NCBI GenBank assembly: GCA_965206595.1
Contig: OZ242214.1
Span: forward strand, 5,088,001-5,152,000
Reading direction: 5' to 3'
From: Candidatus Latescibacterota bacterium
Lineage (GTDB): Bacteria > Latescibacterota > UBA2968 > UBA8231
DNA: 64,000 nt
Within the stretch, counting starts at the first letter, position 1. Each line of letters starts with the position of its first letter. Positions 29,929 to 40,626 of the stretch are shown piece after piece. Position numbers and translations under genes: made by a program. A model generated the notes under the pieces. That model saw only the letters and a list, made by a program, of their open reading frames with translations, was not told the origin of the DNA and made no database searches.

Positions 29929-30700
29929 ATGGAGATTCTCGACTACAAGGCGGAAATGCTGGGTGAGGTCGCCAGTCTCTTCAATCGGGGCGTCGCCAAC
30001 GTGCCCAACTGCTGGGCGGTGGACGATGCTGATTTCGCCAAGGCGATCTCCGCGGCCTCAGGGGACGAATGCGACGATGGACCTCCCGTCGAAAACCAGG
30101 CTCTGTCCGTGGCAGCGGAAAGGAGGTTCGCGGCGCGTTCCCTCACCGAAGTCTGCGCCTTCGACTCGAGCTACCGCGACCGCTTCTACTGCTTTCCCCA
30201 CGCCTACCTCTCCGATCACCTCGACCACGTCAGCGCCCTGCTGCAGTTCTTCGGCTACCGGCTCACGGGGGGAGAGGTCTTTCTCAACGGACTCGACTAC
30301 GAAGCCGCCGAGCTGCCGCAGGTCGACCTCGACTTCGACCTCGCTGTAACCTGGCCCCGTGAAAGAGGCCGGCGCCCCGGCTCCCACGTTTTGGCGCACC
30401 GGGACGGGGAAACCATTGGTGAATGCAAGATCACCTGCGACGGGGACTACTCGCGCCACCCCGATGCCCAGGATTTCGGCTTCGTCGACCGGCTGGGGGT
30501 GGAGGAGCCGTATCAGCACCGGGGCCTGGGAAAGCTGTTGTTGTTTCATTGGCCGCAACGAGATGCTGGCAGTCGGATACCGCCACACCGCCATCAGCAC
30601 CGCCCGCCACAACAACCGCGCCTTTCTTTTCTACAGCAATCACGGATACCGCGTCGTCGACTGGACCTACCAGTTGAGCAAATCGCTCGACCCGGGATGA
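29929..30700 (+). pseudogene. GNAT N-acetyltransferase, frameshifted and probably internally deleted
   Basis: LGVEEPYQHRGLGKLL, then NNRAFLFYSNHGY in another frame (extra T near 30545). Confidence 0.75.
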
Positions 30701-30782
30701 GCCGGGCGACAGCGCCCCCGGCCGCTCCGGGGGAGGTCCGGGCTCATACGGGCCCCCGGCGGGTCTGAGTTGCGGTCAGCCG

Positions 30783-32031
30783 ATGGGCACCGGCGCTCAC
30801 GATCCGTACGCCGCCTTCCGGGTTGCGAACTTCCGTCGCTACCTGTACGGCCGCGTCGGCCTGGCGGTCGGCACCCACGTTCAGGGAATCGCCGTCGGCT
30901 GGGAGATGTACCAGCGCACCGGAGAGGCCCTAGCCCTCGGGATGGTCGGCCTCGTGCAGGCAGTGCCCTGGATGGTACTGGCCCTGCCCGCCGGGTACCT
31001 GGCGGATCGCTTCGACCGGCGGCGCGTGGCTCTGCTCAGCCTTACCGGCGCCAACCCTCACTTCGCTGGGACTGGCGGCCCTGTCGATTGCCGAGGGGCC
31101 GGTAAAGGCGATGTACGCCTTGTTGCTGCTCGATGCGGTTTCCAACGTGCTCGGAAGCCCGGCGCGCACCGCCCTGCTGCCCCAAATCGTGCCGCGTCCG
31201 GTCTTTCACAACGCCGTCACCTGGAACAGCAGCATGTGGCAACTGACCTCGGTGCTGGGCCCGGCTGCCGGCGGTCTGGTGATCGTCTGGTCTGTTCCCG
31301 CGGCCTATCTCTGTGCCGCCGCCGGCTCCCTCGTCTTCATCTTCATGTTCGGCCGCATCCGCCTGCAGCAGGACGACCGCGTGGCGGCCCCGACCTCCGC
31401 TGCCATGATTCTCGGGGGTGTCCGTTACATCTGGCGCTCGCGGCTGGTCCTCGCCGCGGTCAGCCTCGACATGTTCGCGGTGCTGTTCGGGGGCGCCGTC
31501 TACCTGCTTCCCATCTTCGCCAAGGACATCCTGGAAGTGGGAGCCGGCGGCCTCGGCTGGCTTCGCGCCGCCCCGGCGGCCGGGGCTTTCTGCATGGCTA
31601 TCCTGCTTGCCCACCTGCCGCCGATGCGGAAGAGCGGCCGCAATCTCCTGTGGTGCGTCGCCGGATTCGGGATGGCAACCATCATTTTCGGCCTGTCGAC
31701 GTCGTTCTGGCTGTCGCTCGCCATGCTGTTTCTCACCGGCGCCTTCGACCAAGTCAGCATGGTGATCCGCCACACCCTCGTTCAACTGCTGACTCCGGAC
31801 GAGATGCGAGGCCGTGTCGCCGCGGTCAACAGCGTTTCCATCTCCGCATCAAACAACCTCGGCGGCATGGAATCAGGTCTCGTCGCGCATTGGTTCGGCC
31901 CGGTTTTCTCGGTGGTCAGCGGCGGCATCGGTTCGCTCCTGGTGGTCGCCTTCACCGCAGCCGCCTCGCCCCGGCTGCGACGGTTCGGATCGCTGCGCGA
32001 CGTGCAGAGCGAGCGCCACCCGGTTTCTTGA
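30783..32031 (+). pseudogene. MFS transporter (MFS_3-like), frameshifted
   Basis: AGYLADRFDRRR in the first frame; LDMFAVLFGG and PDEMRGRV in the second; extra A near 31053. Confidence 0.85.
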
Positions 32032-32103
32032 CACCCCCGGGATCCGGCGGCGACAATAGTAGATCGATTCAGACAGCCACCTGATTACCCACCGACTATT
32101 CAA

Positions 32104-33213
32104 ATGAAAATCACCGGCGTACAGACCGTTCGAGTGCCGACGCTGCGCCACGCCGAACTGGGCCATCTCGTGCTCGTCCACACCGACGAGGGAATTACCG
32201 GCCTCGGTGAGATCGCATCCGACTGCCACCGCGACACCGTGGCACACGCGATCGGGCAGATGGACCTCATCGGGCGCGACGCGAGCCGCATCGAGTCGTT
32301 CTGGCTGTCGTTCGGAGTCCGCGATACGTTCTGGCGCGGCGGACCGATCTGGTACTCCGCGGTCAGCGCGGTCGAGCAGGCGCTTTGGGACATCAAGGGC
32401 CGGAAGCTCGGGGTTCCGGTGTACGAGCTTCTCGGAGGACGGCTGCGGGACCGCATCAAGCTCTACACGCACACCCGTTTCGGCGACACGACCCCCGGCG
32501 ATTTTGCCGCCTCCGCGGCCGACGCAGTTGCCGCGGGATTCTCCGCGGTGAAGTTCGATCCACTCGGCAACGCCCATCAGTCGATGAGCCCGCAGGAGAT
32601 GCGCCTCGCCGTCGACCGCGTACGCGCGACCCGCGAGGCGATCGGTCCGGACGCCGGCCTGCTGATCGAGGGGCACGGCCGCCTCAGTCCCAACATGGCG
32701 ATCCGCATGGCCAACCGCTTCGAGGAGTTCGACCCGTTCTTTTTCGAGGAGCCGGTCGCGCCTGAGAACATCGATGAAATGGCCAAGGTGGCGGCCTCGG
32801 TGAATGTTCCGATCGCCACAGGGGAGCGGCTCTACACCCGCTGGGGATTCCGCGACCTGCTCGAAAAACAGGCCGCCGACTACATACAGCCCGATCTATG
32901 CCACTGCGGCGGGTTCGCCGAGGGACGCAAGATCGCCGCCATGGCCGAGACCTACCACGTGCACGTGCTGCCCCACAATCCGAACGGCCCCATCTCGACC
33001 CTGGTCGGCCTGCACTTGGGCGCCTGCACCCCCAATTTCGAAATGCTCGAGTACCCGCGCCGTCCCGACGACGTGGTGCCTCTCCTGAAGGGTGTGCCGG
33101 AACCATCCGGCGGGCATATCGATGTGCCCGACGGACCGGGATGGGGTGTCGAAGTCGACGAAGAGGTGCTCGCGGATCTCGTTGCCCGCCAGAAAGGGAG
33201 CACCAATGCCTGA
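32104..33213 (+). CDS. Galactonate dehydratase-like enzyme (mandelate racemase subgroup, enolase superfamily)
   Basis: EQALWDIKG, KFD, EGHG, FEEP, TGERL, QPDLCHCGG, PHN. Confidence 0.88.
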   Translation: MKITGVQTVRVPTLRHAELGHLVLVHTDEGITGLGEIASDCHRDTVAHAIGQMDLIGRDASRIESFWLSFGVRDTFWRGGPIWYSAVSAVEQALWDIKGRKLGVPVYELLGGRLRDRIKLYTHTRFGDTTPGDFAASAADAVAAGFSAVKFDPLGNAHQSMSPQEMRLAVDRVRATREAIGPDAGLLIEGHGRLSPNMAIRMANRFEEFDPFFFEEPVAPENIDEMAKVAASVNVPIATGERLYTRWGFRDLLEKQAADYIQPDLCHCGGFAEGRKIAAMAETYHVHVLPHNPNGPISTLVGLHLGACTPNFEMLEYPRRPDDVVPLLKGVPEPSGGHIDVPDGPGWGVEVDEEVLADLVARQKGSTNA

Positions 33214-34252
33214 TACGTACAATGCCGCCATCATCGGCCTGGGGTTCATCGGCGGAGGGGACCAGATCTCGGGTGATGCCCTGGGGCAGCGCGTGGAGGA
33301 GCTCGACGGCACCCACTTCAGCGCCCTTTCGCAGCATTCCAGGATCGATCTGATCGCCGGCAGCAGCCGCGACGAGGGGCGGCGGAATCGTTTCGCCGAA
33401 CGCTCCGGGGGCTGCCGCACCTACGCCGACTGGAGGGAGCTTCTCGACCGTGAGCAGATCGACATCGCCAGCGTCGCCACCTATGCCCCGCAGCACGCAG
33501 AGGTCGCGATCGCCTGCGCCCGGTCCGGGGTGAGGGTGATCTACTGCGAAAAACCGGTTGCCCAGACCTTGCCCGATGCCGAGGCGATGCTCGAGGCCTG
33601 CGCGGCGTCCGGAACGCTCCTGGTCGTCAACCACAACCGCCGCTTCACCGCGGACTTCCGCTTGCTGCGCGACCGCATCGCCGCCGGGGATCTCGGCGAC
33701 CTCACCTCGATCTCGGTGCAATGGCCGGCAGGCAGACTGGGAAACGTCGGCACCCACGTCTTCGACGCGGTGCGCATGATCTCGGGCCGCAGGGTCGAAG
33801 CGGTGTCCGCCACCCTGGACCTTGCGGGAAAGCCGGACTGTCGCGGTCAGGATTTCAGGGATCCGGGCGGCTGGGGTCTGCTCCGCCTTGAAGGAGGGCT
33901 GATCGCCACGGTCGACGCCGCCGACTACGCAACCATCCCGATGCGCCTCTGCTTCAACGGCGTCAGGTCCAGGGCGGTCTCCGATTTCGAGGAGATTGCG
34001 ATCGATTTCGCCTCAGGCGGCGGCAGTAAGCGCCTCACCGCGCCGGGTCCAAAGCGGTCGGCCATGGACGTCGCCGTGGGGGAGATCGTCGACTGGCTCG
34101 ACGGCAGGGGACCCTTTCCCTACGACGCGCAAGAGGCTGTCGACACACTCGAAACCATCGTCGCCTTCCACGCCTCCCACGGCCGCGACGCCGCCTGGAC
34201 GGCGCTGCCCCTGCGGGGAGCCGACCGCGAGATCGTAGTCAACAGCGGCTGA
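33206..34252 (+). CDS. Gfo/Idh/MocA oxidoreductase
   Basis: IIGLGFIG, CEKP, NHNRR, GTHVFD. Confidence 0.9.
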   Translation: MPDTYNAAIIGLGFIGGGDQISGDALGQRVEELDGTHFSALSQHSRIDLIAGSSRDEGRRNRFAERSGGCRTYADWRELLDREQIDIASVATYAPQHAEVAIACARSGVRVIYCEKPVAQTLPDAEAMLEACAASGTLLVVNHNRRFTADFRLLRDRIAAGDLGDLTSISVQWPAGRLGNVGTHVFDAVRMISGRRVEAVSATLDLAGKPDCRGQDFRDPGGWGLLRLEGGLIATVDAADYATIPMRLCFNGVRSRAVSDFEEIAIDFASGGGSKRLTAPGPKRSAMDVAVGEIVDWLDGRGPFPYDAQEAVDTLETIVAFHASHGRDAAWTALPLRGADREIVVNSG

Positions 34253-34450
34253 AAGCGGCGGCCGGCCAGGGTGACCAAGGCCGCCAGTCTCACCCCCACT
34301 TCAGGTGCTCGATCTTGTGTCCTGTCCAGCTCAAATCCTGCCAATTCTTCCGCCGATTGATCCCCTCGGCCGCTGGATTTTGGCAATCTTTTTCGTGACG
34401 GGACACTCGCGGGCTACACCCAACCAAATCAAGAGGAGAAGGATACCGAG

Positions 34451-35173
34451 ATGTTTGGAAGAATAATCAACGAGCACGGGGAAGCGATCGATTATACCTG
34501 TCACGATGGCGGCGGGGACAGCCTTGCCGTATTAGGGCACGGCGTTACCGGAAACAAGGACCGCCCTTTCGTGAAAGCCCTTGCCGAGGGCCTGTCCGCG
34601 GCCGGCATTTCGGCGCTGCGCCTTTCGTTTTCGGGCAACGGCAGATCGGGCGGCCGCTTCCAGGACTGCACGATCAGCAAGGAGGTCGCCGATCTGGGAG
34701 CCGTCCTCGACGCTGTCGGGGACCGCCGCGTCGGCTACGTAGGTCACAGCATGGGGGGAGCGGTCGGCGTCATCCGCGCCAGCGAGGACGCGCGCCTGCA
34801 ATGGCTGGTTTCGCTAGCGGGCATGGTTCACACCGAAGCCTTCGCGCAGCGCGAGTTCGGCGACGTCTTACCCGGCTCCGGCTTCATGTGGGAGGACGAG
34901 GATTGTCCCCTGTCACAGGTCTTCATGGACGACATGGCCGCGATTTCCACCGTCGCCGACCGCGGTGGCGCGATCGGCGTTCCCTGGTTGCTGGTCCACG
35001 GCAGCGAGGACGACGTCGTGCCGCTCGAGGATTCGCGCGACATCGCTGCCCGTGCCGAAAAAACAAAGCCCCGCCTCGTCGAGATCGAGGGGGCCGACCA
35101 CGTTTTCAGCGATGGCGCTACCGAGGAAATGGTCGCGGCCGTGGTCGAATGGATTCAGGAATCGGCTGGATAG
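34451..35173 (+). CDS. Alpha/beta hydrolase
   Basis: GHSMGG nucleophile elbow, HGSEDDVV, GADH. Confidence 0.9.
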   Translation: MFGRIINEHGEAIDYTCHDGGGDSLAVLGHGVTGNKDRPFVKALAEGLSAAGISALRLSFSGNGRSGGRFQDCTISKEVADLGAVLDAVGDRRVGYVGHSMGGAVGVIRASEDARLQWLVSLAGMVHTEAFAQREFGDVLPGSGFMWEDEDCPLSQVFMDDMAAISTVADRGGAIGVPWLLVHGSEDDVVPLEDSRDIAARAEKTKPRLVEIEGADHVFSDGATEEMVAAVVEWIQESAG

Positions 35174-36000
35174 ACCTGCGCCGGGTCCGCGACCCATTTC
35201 TCGGTACCGCTTCTGGTCAATAGCACCCCATCCGACAGGGGGGTGAAATCGGTGCCCGTTTTCACTAACAGGTGCGGGTCTTTCCGGTACTCGGCGATGC
35301 CCTCCGCGAGCACGTCGCGAGCTCGGAGCAAACGGCATATCGCGTTGCCGGCCGTCCCCTTTCTCACTAGTCCCCGTCTTTCCAGCAGGCCCCCGAACTT
35401 GTTGAAGTCGTTGCCGGCAAATCCTTTCTTCGGGCTGAAGGCGCAGGTCGGCATGCTCCTGCGGGAACCGTCGGCCTCCACGATCTGTGCCTCGACCGGC
35501 ACCCACGTACGGTACGGCACCTTGACCATCTGCTCGACGACGTGAAACTGGGTGCAGCGGGTGTACGGCACGCCGAGCAGCAGGATATCGGCGTCGAGCT
35601 CGAAAAGCTGCCAGAAGGGGCCGTCGGCCGCCCACGCGGAGGCTCCATGGCGACAGGTTAGCTCGGCGCTCCGAGGTCCTGCCGCGGCGACGGAATGAAG
35701 GTAGTGCCGGCTGCGCCGGGCACCTGGAAGGCAGCGCACCTCCTCGGAAATCGCACCCATCTGCGAACGGTCCCGCCGCGGATCGAAAACCGGGCCGTCG
35801 GGATGGGAGAAAGTAAACGCCGGCACTGCAAGGGTGCCGTCGCTTCCGAGCGCCTCGCGGATCGCCGCAACCGCTTCAGCTGCGCCGCCGGCGACGCTAC
35901 CGATGCTGCTCAGCGAGCTGTGCACGAACAGCACCGAACCCCTGCGCACCCCGATTTCATCGAGGGAGGCGACGATCTGTTGTCGCGTTATTCCGGTCAT
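35155..36000 (-). CDS. AAC(3)-family N-acetyltransferase
   Basis: FVHSSLSSIG, GTLAVPAFT, MGAISE, LLLGV...HVVE. Confidence 0.85.
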   Translation of the reverse strand: MTGITRQQIVASLDEIGVRRGSVLFVHSSLSSIGSVAGGAAEAVAAIREALGSDGTLAVPAFTFSHPDGPVFDPRRDRSQMGAISEEVRCLPGARRSRHYLHSVAAAGPRSAELTCRHGASAWAADGPFWQLFELDADILLLGVPYTRCTQFHVVEQMVKVPYRTWVPVEAQIVEADGSRRSMPTCAFSPKKGFAGNDFNKFGGLLERRGLVRKGTAGNAICRLLRARDVLAEGIAEYRKDPHLLVKTGTDFTPLSDGVLLTRSGTEKWVADPAQVYPADS

Positions 36001-36113
36001 CGTATGATGTAGGCCATCCTGCTTGGGGACAACGCATTCCAGGTTCGCCCTCCGGCCGTTGGGATCCTTGCCTGCGCGGTTCGGGCTGCCGGCACAAAAC
36101 ATTGGAGTCACTC

Positions 36114-37211
36114 ATGGACAAACAGTATCGGGTCGGAATCGTCGGATGCGGCGGCATGGGCCGCTCGCATGCCCGGGCGTTTGCGGGCCTCGAGAAAACG
36201 TTGGTAGTTGCCGCCTCGGACATCGACGCCGAGGCGGCGCAGGCACTTGCCGTAGAGCATTCCATCCCTGCCGTCTACGACGACTACGGCGAGATGCTGG
36301 AGAAGGAGGATCTGGACATCGTCAGCGTACCCACCTGGCAGGGGGTGCGAGCCGAGATCACCGTCGCCGCCGCCCGGAGCGGCGTCAAGGCGGTGATCGG
36401 CGAGAAGCCGATGGCCGATTGTCTCGGCGGCGCCGACGACATGATTGAAGCCTGCGGCAGGCACGGGGTCAAACTGGCGATCGGGCATCACGGCCGTTAT
36501 ACGCCAACCCTGAACGAAATTCGCCGGCTGGTAGCCGACGGCGCCATCGGCGAGCCGACGATGCTGTACCATCGCGCCAAGCCGAATGCCGGGCTGCTCA
36601 ACACCGGGACCCATGCCGTCGACAGCTGGCGCTACATGCTGGGTGATCCGAAAACCGAGTGGGTCATCGGCAATTTCTCACGCACCACCGATCGCTGGGA
36701 ACGGCGCAGTCCCTGCGAAGATCTGTGCATGGGACTGGTCTGTTTTGCCGGTGGAGCCCGCGGGGTGTACGAAGGGGATCTGCCGGAGCCGGCCGCATCG
36801 ATGCCGGTGATTTCGGGCACCGAAGGCCAGATCCGCAGCGAAAACCAGGGCCCTATTCCGTCGGGGCGGATCTTTCTGCAACGCTTGGAGCACAGCTCGT
36901 GGATCGAGGTCGAACCTCCCCTGGTGGAGACGACGCAATACCAGGAGCTTATCGACTGGATCGAGGGAAAGGCGACCGACCACCGCGGCAACGGTCGCCA
37001 GGCGCGGGCAACGCTGGAGGTCCTGATGGGGATCTTCGAATCGCAGCGCACAAGAAACGTGGTCACCATGCCGTTGCGGACCCGCGAATGCCCGCTGGAC
37101 CTGATGATCGTCGACGGCAGCCTGCCGGTACTGGTTGAGGGGCGTTACGATCTGCGCCGGCCCTTCCCCGAAGAGTCGGACAGGAAACCAGAGGGGGTCG
37201 CGGGGAATTGA
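36114..37211 (+). CDS. Gfo/Idh/MocA oxidoreductase
   Basis: VGCGGMG, EKPM, GTHAVD. Confidence 0.9.
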   Translation: MDKQYRVGIVGCGGMGRSHARAFAGLEKTLVVAASDIDAEAAQALAVEHSIPAVYDDYGEMLEKEDLDIVSVPTWQGVRAEITVAAARSGVKAVIGEKPMADCLGGADDMIEACGRHGVKLAIGHHGRYTPTLNEIRRLVADGAIGEPTMLYHRAKPNAGLLNTGTHAVDSWRYMLGDPKTEWVIGNFSRTTDRWERRSPCEDLCMGLVCFAGGARGVYEGDLPEPAASMPVISGTEGQIRSENQGPIPSGRIFLQRLEHSSWIEVEPPLVETTQYQELIDWIEGKATDHRGNGRQARATLEVLMGIFESQRTRNVVTMPLRTRECPLDLMIVDGSLPVLVEGRYDLRRPFPEESDRKPEGVAGN

Positions 37212-37645
37212 TGGCGAGAAAAACCGCCTACCCGATGCCCGGCCCGATCGCCGGGGAGGGCGTCTTCTCAGGACCGCTGGCGTTTTCGAACGCCGTCCGC
37301 GCCGGCAGCGGTGATCTGCTGTTCGTGTCGGGCCAGCTAGCCTTCGACGACAACATGAACATTGTCGGCGCAGGGGACATGCGCGCGCAAACGAGACAGG
37401 TACTGCTCAACATCGGCAAGGCGTTGGAGGCGGCAGGTGCAACCTTCGACGATGTAGTGCGGGTCCAGGTTTTCGTCACCGATCTGAGCGATTTCCGCGC
37501 CATTCACGAGGTGCGCCTCGAGTTCTTCGACCGCGGCCGGCTGCCTGCCTCGACCCTGGTCGAAGTTGCCGGGCTCGCCCACCAGAACGCCATGATCGAA
37601 ATCGACGCCGTCGCCGTGGTCGGCCCGGAGGAGGCTGCCGTATGA
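37208..37645 (+). CDS. RidA/YjgF family protein
   Basis: LFVSGQ, PASTLVEV..L, IEIDAVA. Confidence 0.9.
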   Translation: MMARKTAYPMPGPIAGEGVFSGPLAFSNAVRAGSGDLLFVSGQLAFDDNMNIVGAGDMRAQTRQVLLNIGKALEAAGATFDDVVRVQVFVTDLSDFRAIHEVRLEFFDRGRLPASTLVEVAGLAHQNAMIEIDAVAVVGPEEAAV

Positions 37646-38472
37646 GAGAAGCGATGCATCTTTCCGACGAACAAATCCGGCAGTACCGCAACAAGGGGTA
37701 CGTCGCCGGCCCACGCGTTCTCGACGACAGGCAGATCGACAAGCTGAAGCGCCGAATCGACGGGCTGCTCGACGGCAGCGTCGACCACCCCGAGCACCTC
37801 ATGGGGGAAACGGTGAAACGCTCCCGCGCCAAGGGCCAGCTCCCGTCGCAGAAGATCGTCAACCTTTTCCGCCATGACCCCGTTTTCGCCGAAGTCCTGG
37901 CAAACGAGGCGATCGGCAACCTTGCCCACGACCTCGCCGCCGCCCCGGTGCGCGTCTGGGAAGACCAGATGACCTACAAGCCCCCGCGCGAGGAGGCGGC
38001 GGTGCTCGCGTGGCATCGCGACTACACCTTCTGGGACCACGTCGGTCCGCCCGAGCTGTTCACCTGCTGGATCGCCCTCGACGACGCAACCGCCGCCAAT
38101 GGCTGCATGTGCGTAATTCCGGGGAGTCACCGATGGGAGATGCCTTTCGGCCGGGAAGATGTCGATGTCGGCGACCCGCACTGGGTGCTCGAGCAGGAGG
38201 GTGTTCCGGAGGGGGCCGATCTCACCCCCGTTCCCTGCGAAGTGAAGGCCGGACACTGCCACTTCCATCACTGCAGAACCCTCCACGGATCCTACGGAAA
38301 CAGCACCGACAACCCCCGCTACAGCTACATCCTGCACCTCATGCCGGGGACCACGCGCCGCCTCGGCGACAGCTGGAACGAGCGCATGGCCCGCGTTGAA
38401 AACGTCGATGTCGGCGAGGTGGTGCAGGGCCCGCAGTACCCCGAACTGGCCGCGCCGGAGGCAAACCCATGA
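37642..38472 (+). CDS. Phytanoyl-CoA dioxygenase (PhyH) family Fe(II)/2OG enzyme
   Basis: WHRD, WIALDDA..ANGC..VIPGSH, TLHGS..N...R. Confidence 0.92.
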   Translation: MREAMHLSDEQIRQYRNKGYVAGPRVLDDRQIDKLKRRIDGLLDGSVDHPEHLMGETVKRSRAKGQLPSQKIVNLFRHDPVFAEVLANEAIGNLAHDLAAAPVRVWEDQMTYKPPREEAAVLAWHRDYTFWDHVGPPELFTCWIALDDATAANGCMCVIPGSHRWEMPFGREDVDVGDPHWVLEQEGVPEGADLTPVPCEVKAGHCHFHHCRTLHGSYGNSTDNPRYSYILHLMPGTTRRLGDSWNERMARVENVDVGEVVQGPQYPELAAPEANP

Positions 38473-39488
38473 ACGAGCTGAGAATCGGCGTTGCCGGACT
38501 CGGCCACGGGCGCACCCTTCTCGGGGCAAACGACCCGCAAGGCCGCGATCTGCCGGTGCGGGTGACGGCCCTGTGCGAGACCCGGCCGGAGCTCCTGGAA
38601 AGCATCGCGGGCGAGTACGGAATCGACCAGGCGACCACGGAGTACGACGAGCTCGTCGCCCGGGACGACCTCGACATCATCGGCATCTACACACCGGGAC
38701 CTTTGCACTCGGAACAGATCCTCAAGGCCCTCGACGCAGGCAAGCACGTCATGGTCACCAAGTCGATGGTCTACACCATGGCGGAGGTCGAAGAGGTCGT
38801 CGAGGCGGTCGACCGCTCGAGGCTGGTGCTCCTGGTTACGCAGACGATGCGCGGGCGCTACGACCTGATGGAGGCAAAGCGCGCCTGCGACACCGGGGAA
38901 ATCGGCGAGCTCTTTCTGGGCGAAGCCCATTACATCCACGACCTGCGGCCGGTGTACGACTACTCGCCGTGGCGCCTCACCATGCCGCAGGACCTCATCC
39001 TCGGCGGCGCCTGCCATCCGCTCGACCTGCTGCGCTGGTTTTTCGGCGATATCGAGGAGGTGCACTGTTACGGCCTGCGCAGCGGTGTGGCCCCGGATTA
39101 TCCCCAGGAGGACAACTTTGTCATCAACGTGCGCTTCGCCAGCGGCGCCATCGGCCGCGTCGCCGCCTTCCTGGGAATGGTGCATCCCCCGGGCATCGGC
39201 GGCATCAGCCTTACCGTGTACGGCACCAGGGGGACCATCCGCGACAACCGCAAGGCGCTAGATCCGCGAGGCCACGTTCCGAAGTCGGAACATACCGCCG
39301 AATTCCCCGGAGGCCGCGGTCACTACGGCGAGATGCAAGTGATAATGCGCCACATGGCGGACTGCGTTCTGAACGGGGCGTCGCCGTGGGTAGGCGTACG
39401 CGACGGAGCCCGGATCGTGTCGACGGGCCTCTCCTGTTGGGAATCTTTGCGAAGCGGGGCGCCGGCAAAGGTGCGCAACGAGTTCTGA
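38469..39488 (+). CDS. Gfo/Idh/MocA oxidoreductase
   Basis: VAGLGHG, TP..LH, GKHVMVTK (variant of EKP), CHPLD. Confidence 0.88.
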   Translation: MNELRIGVAGLGHGRTLLGANDPQGRDLPVRVTALCETRPELLESIAGEYGIDQATTEYDELVARDDLDIIGIYTPGPLHSEQILKALDAGKHVMVTKSMVYTMAEVEEVVEAVDRSRLVLLVTQTMRGRYDLMEAKRACDTGEIGELFLGEAHYIHDLRPVYDYSPWRLTMPQDLILGGACHPLDLLRWFFGDIEEVHCYGLRSGVAPDYPQEDNFVINVRFASGAIGRVAAFLGMVHPPGIGGISLTVYGTRGTIRDNRKALDPRGHVPKSEHTAEFPGGRGHYGEMQVIMRHMADCVLNGASPWVGVRDGARIVSTGLSCWESLRSGAPAKVRNEF

Positions 39489-39516
39489 CTACGCGCCCGG
39501 TCGTCACGGCGCACGT

Positions 39517-39705
39517 TCACCCCCGTTCGGACACCATCTGCCCGCCGACAGCCCAGTGATCCGATTCGTACTCTTCGATCACGACCATGGTACTCTCGCG
39601 CGGGGATTGGCAGATGTCGACAATGGCATCGGTGATGGTGGCGACAAGCTTCTTCTTCTGGTCATCCGAACGACCCGACAGCATCTTGACTTCGATGAAT
39701 GGCAT
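39517..39705 (-). CDS. 4-oxalocrotonate tautomerase family protein
   Basis: Catalytic Pro after Met, GRSDDQKKKL, WAVGG; aggag RBS. Confidence 0.92.
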   Translation of the reverse strand: MPFIEVKMLSGRSDDQKKKLVATITDAIVDICQSPRESTMVVIEEYESDHWAVGGQMVSERG

Positions 39706-39749
39706 GTTGCGCGTCTCCTTCCGGTGTGTAGTCTGCTGGTGCGGGAACG

Positions 39750-40094
39750 GTGAATGAAATGGATCGCGAGACAGTAATGCAGTGGCTGGGGAAGTTACGT
39801 GCGGGAACCCTCACCGAGAAGGATCTGGAGCATGTTCTCGGCGTCGAGCGAACGCAAAGGTTGCTCTACCTCCAGTGCCGGTCAACTGCCGTCGATTCCG
39901 AGGTCCTCGGGATGGCCATGGTCGAAAACGGAGAGCTCCTGGAGGGTCCGGAGAATCCCGGAGACTGGCCGTACGCATCGGTTGGCGAGGCCATGAGGGA
40001 CGGCTGGCGGATTCTGAAATTTCCTGAGCTCTCGTTGCAGCTGCACGAAGACAAGACCGTCGGCTTCGGCTGCGAATTCATCCTGGAAAAGTGA
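39750..40094 (+). CDS. Hypothetical protein
   Basis: Coding-like ORF with WPY.SV.EAM.DGWRI.KFP and EFILEK; function unknown. Confidence 0.65.
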   Translation: MNEMDRETVMQWLGKLRAGTLTEKDLEHVLGVERTQRLLYLQCRSTAVDSEVLGMAMVENGELLEGPENPGDWPYASVGEAMRDGWRILKFPELSLQLHEDKTVGFGCEFILEK

Positions 40095-40626
40095 ACCCTT
40101 CAAGCTGTTGGGTCGGCCATTTTTTGGACGCTTCTGGTCCATTCCCCGCCGGCAAAAGTCTTCATCGGCATGTTCCGCAAAAGATTCTCGATCTAGGGCT
40201 CTCGGAAGTAAAACGGCTCTGTGACTCGATTCGGGTCAGGTATGTAGCGGGTCCTCCAAGGAATCCGTATTATGAGCTGAACAAGGACGACTCCCCCTGC
40301 AACACGAGAATTTCCTCGACTCTACCAATGTTTCTGAAATTCTCAAGGAAGAACTGATTAGTTTGGCCTACCGCCTTTCGTGAGCCCTTATTGGAAACCG
40401 GCTCGCTGACCAGTTCCAGTTTCCAAAGCGCTTTGATGTGGGAACACTGTTTATGTACCGGATGAAACAACGCATCATGCGACTTCTGAAGGCCAAACAA
40501 GTGGGAGTGCCTCCCTCCGGTAACAGGAAACCGAAAAACTCGGCCAGATGGACAAAGCCATCCTCGGTCCGCCGTTTCCATAGCGCCGCGCACTCGCATC
40601 GGTGAACTCGCTCTCGCACTGAGTCG

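Noticed and set aside
35155-36000. Aminoglycoside resistance gene
   Set aside because: Family-level similarity only; chromosomal catabolic context with no mobile or resistance neighbours.
40091-40626. Short ORFs in the gap before the MMPL gene
   Set aside because: No recognisable motifs or RBS; treated as intergenic or decayed DNA.
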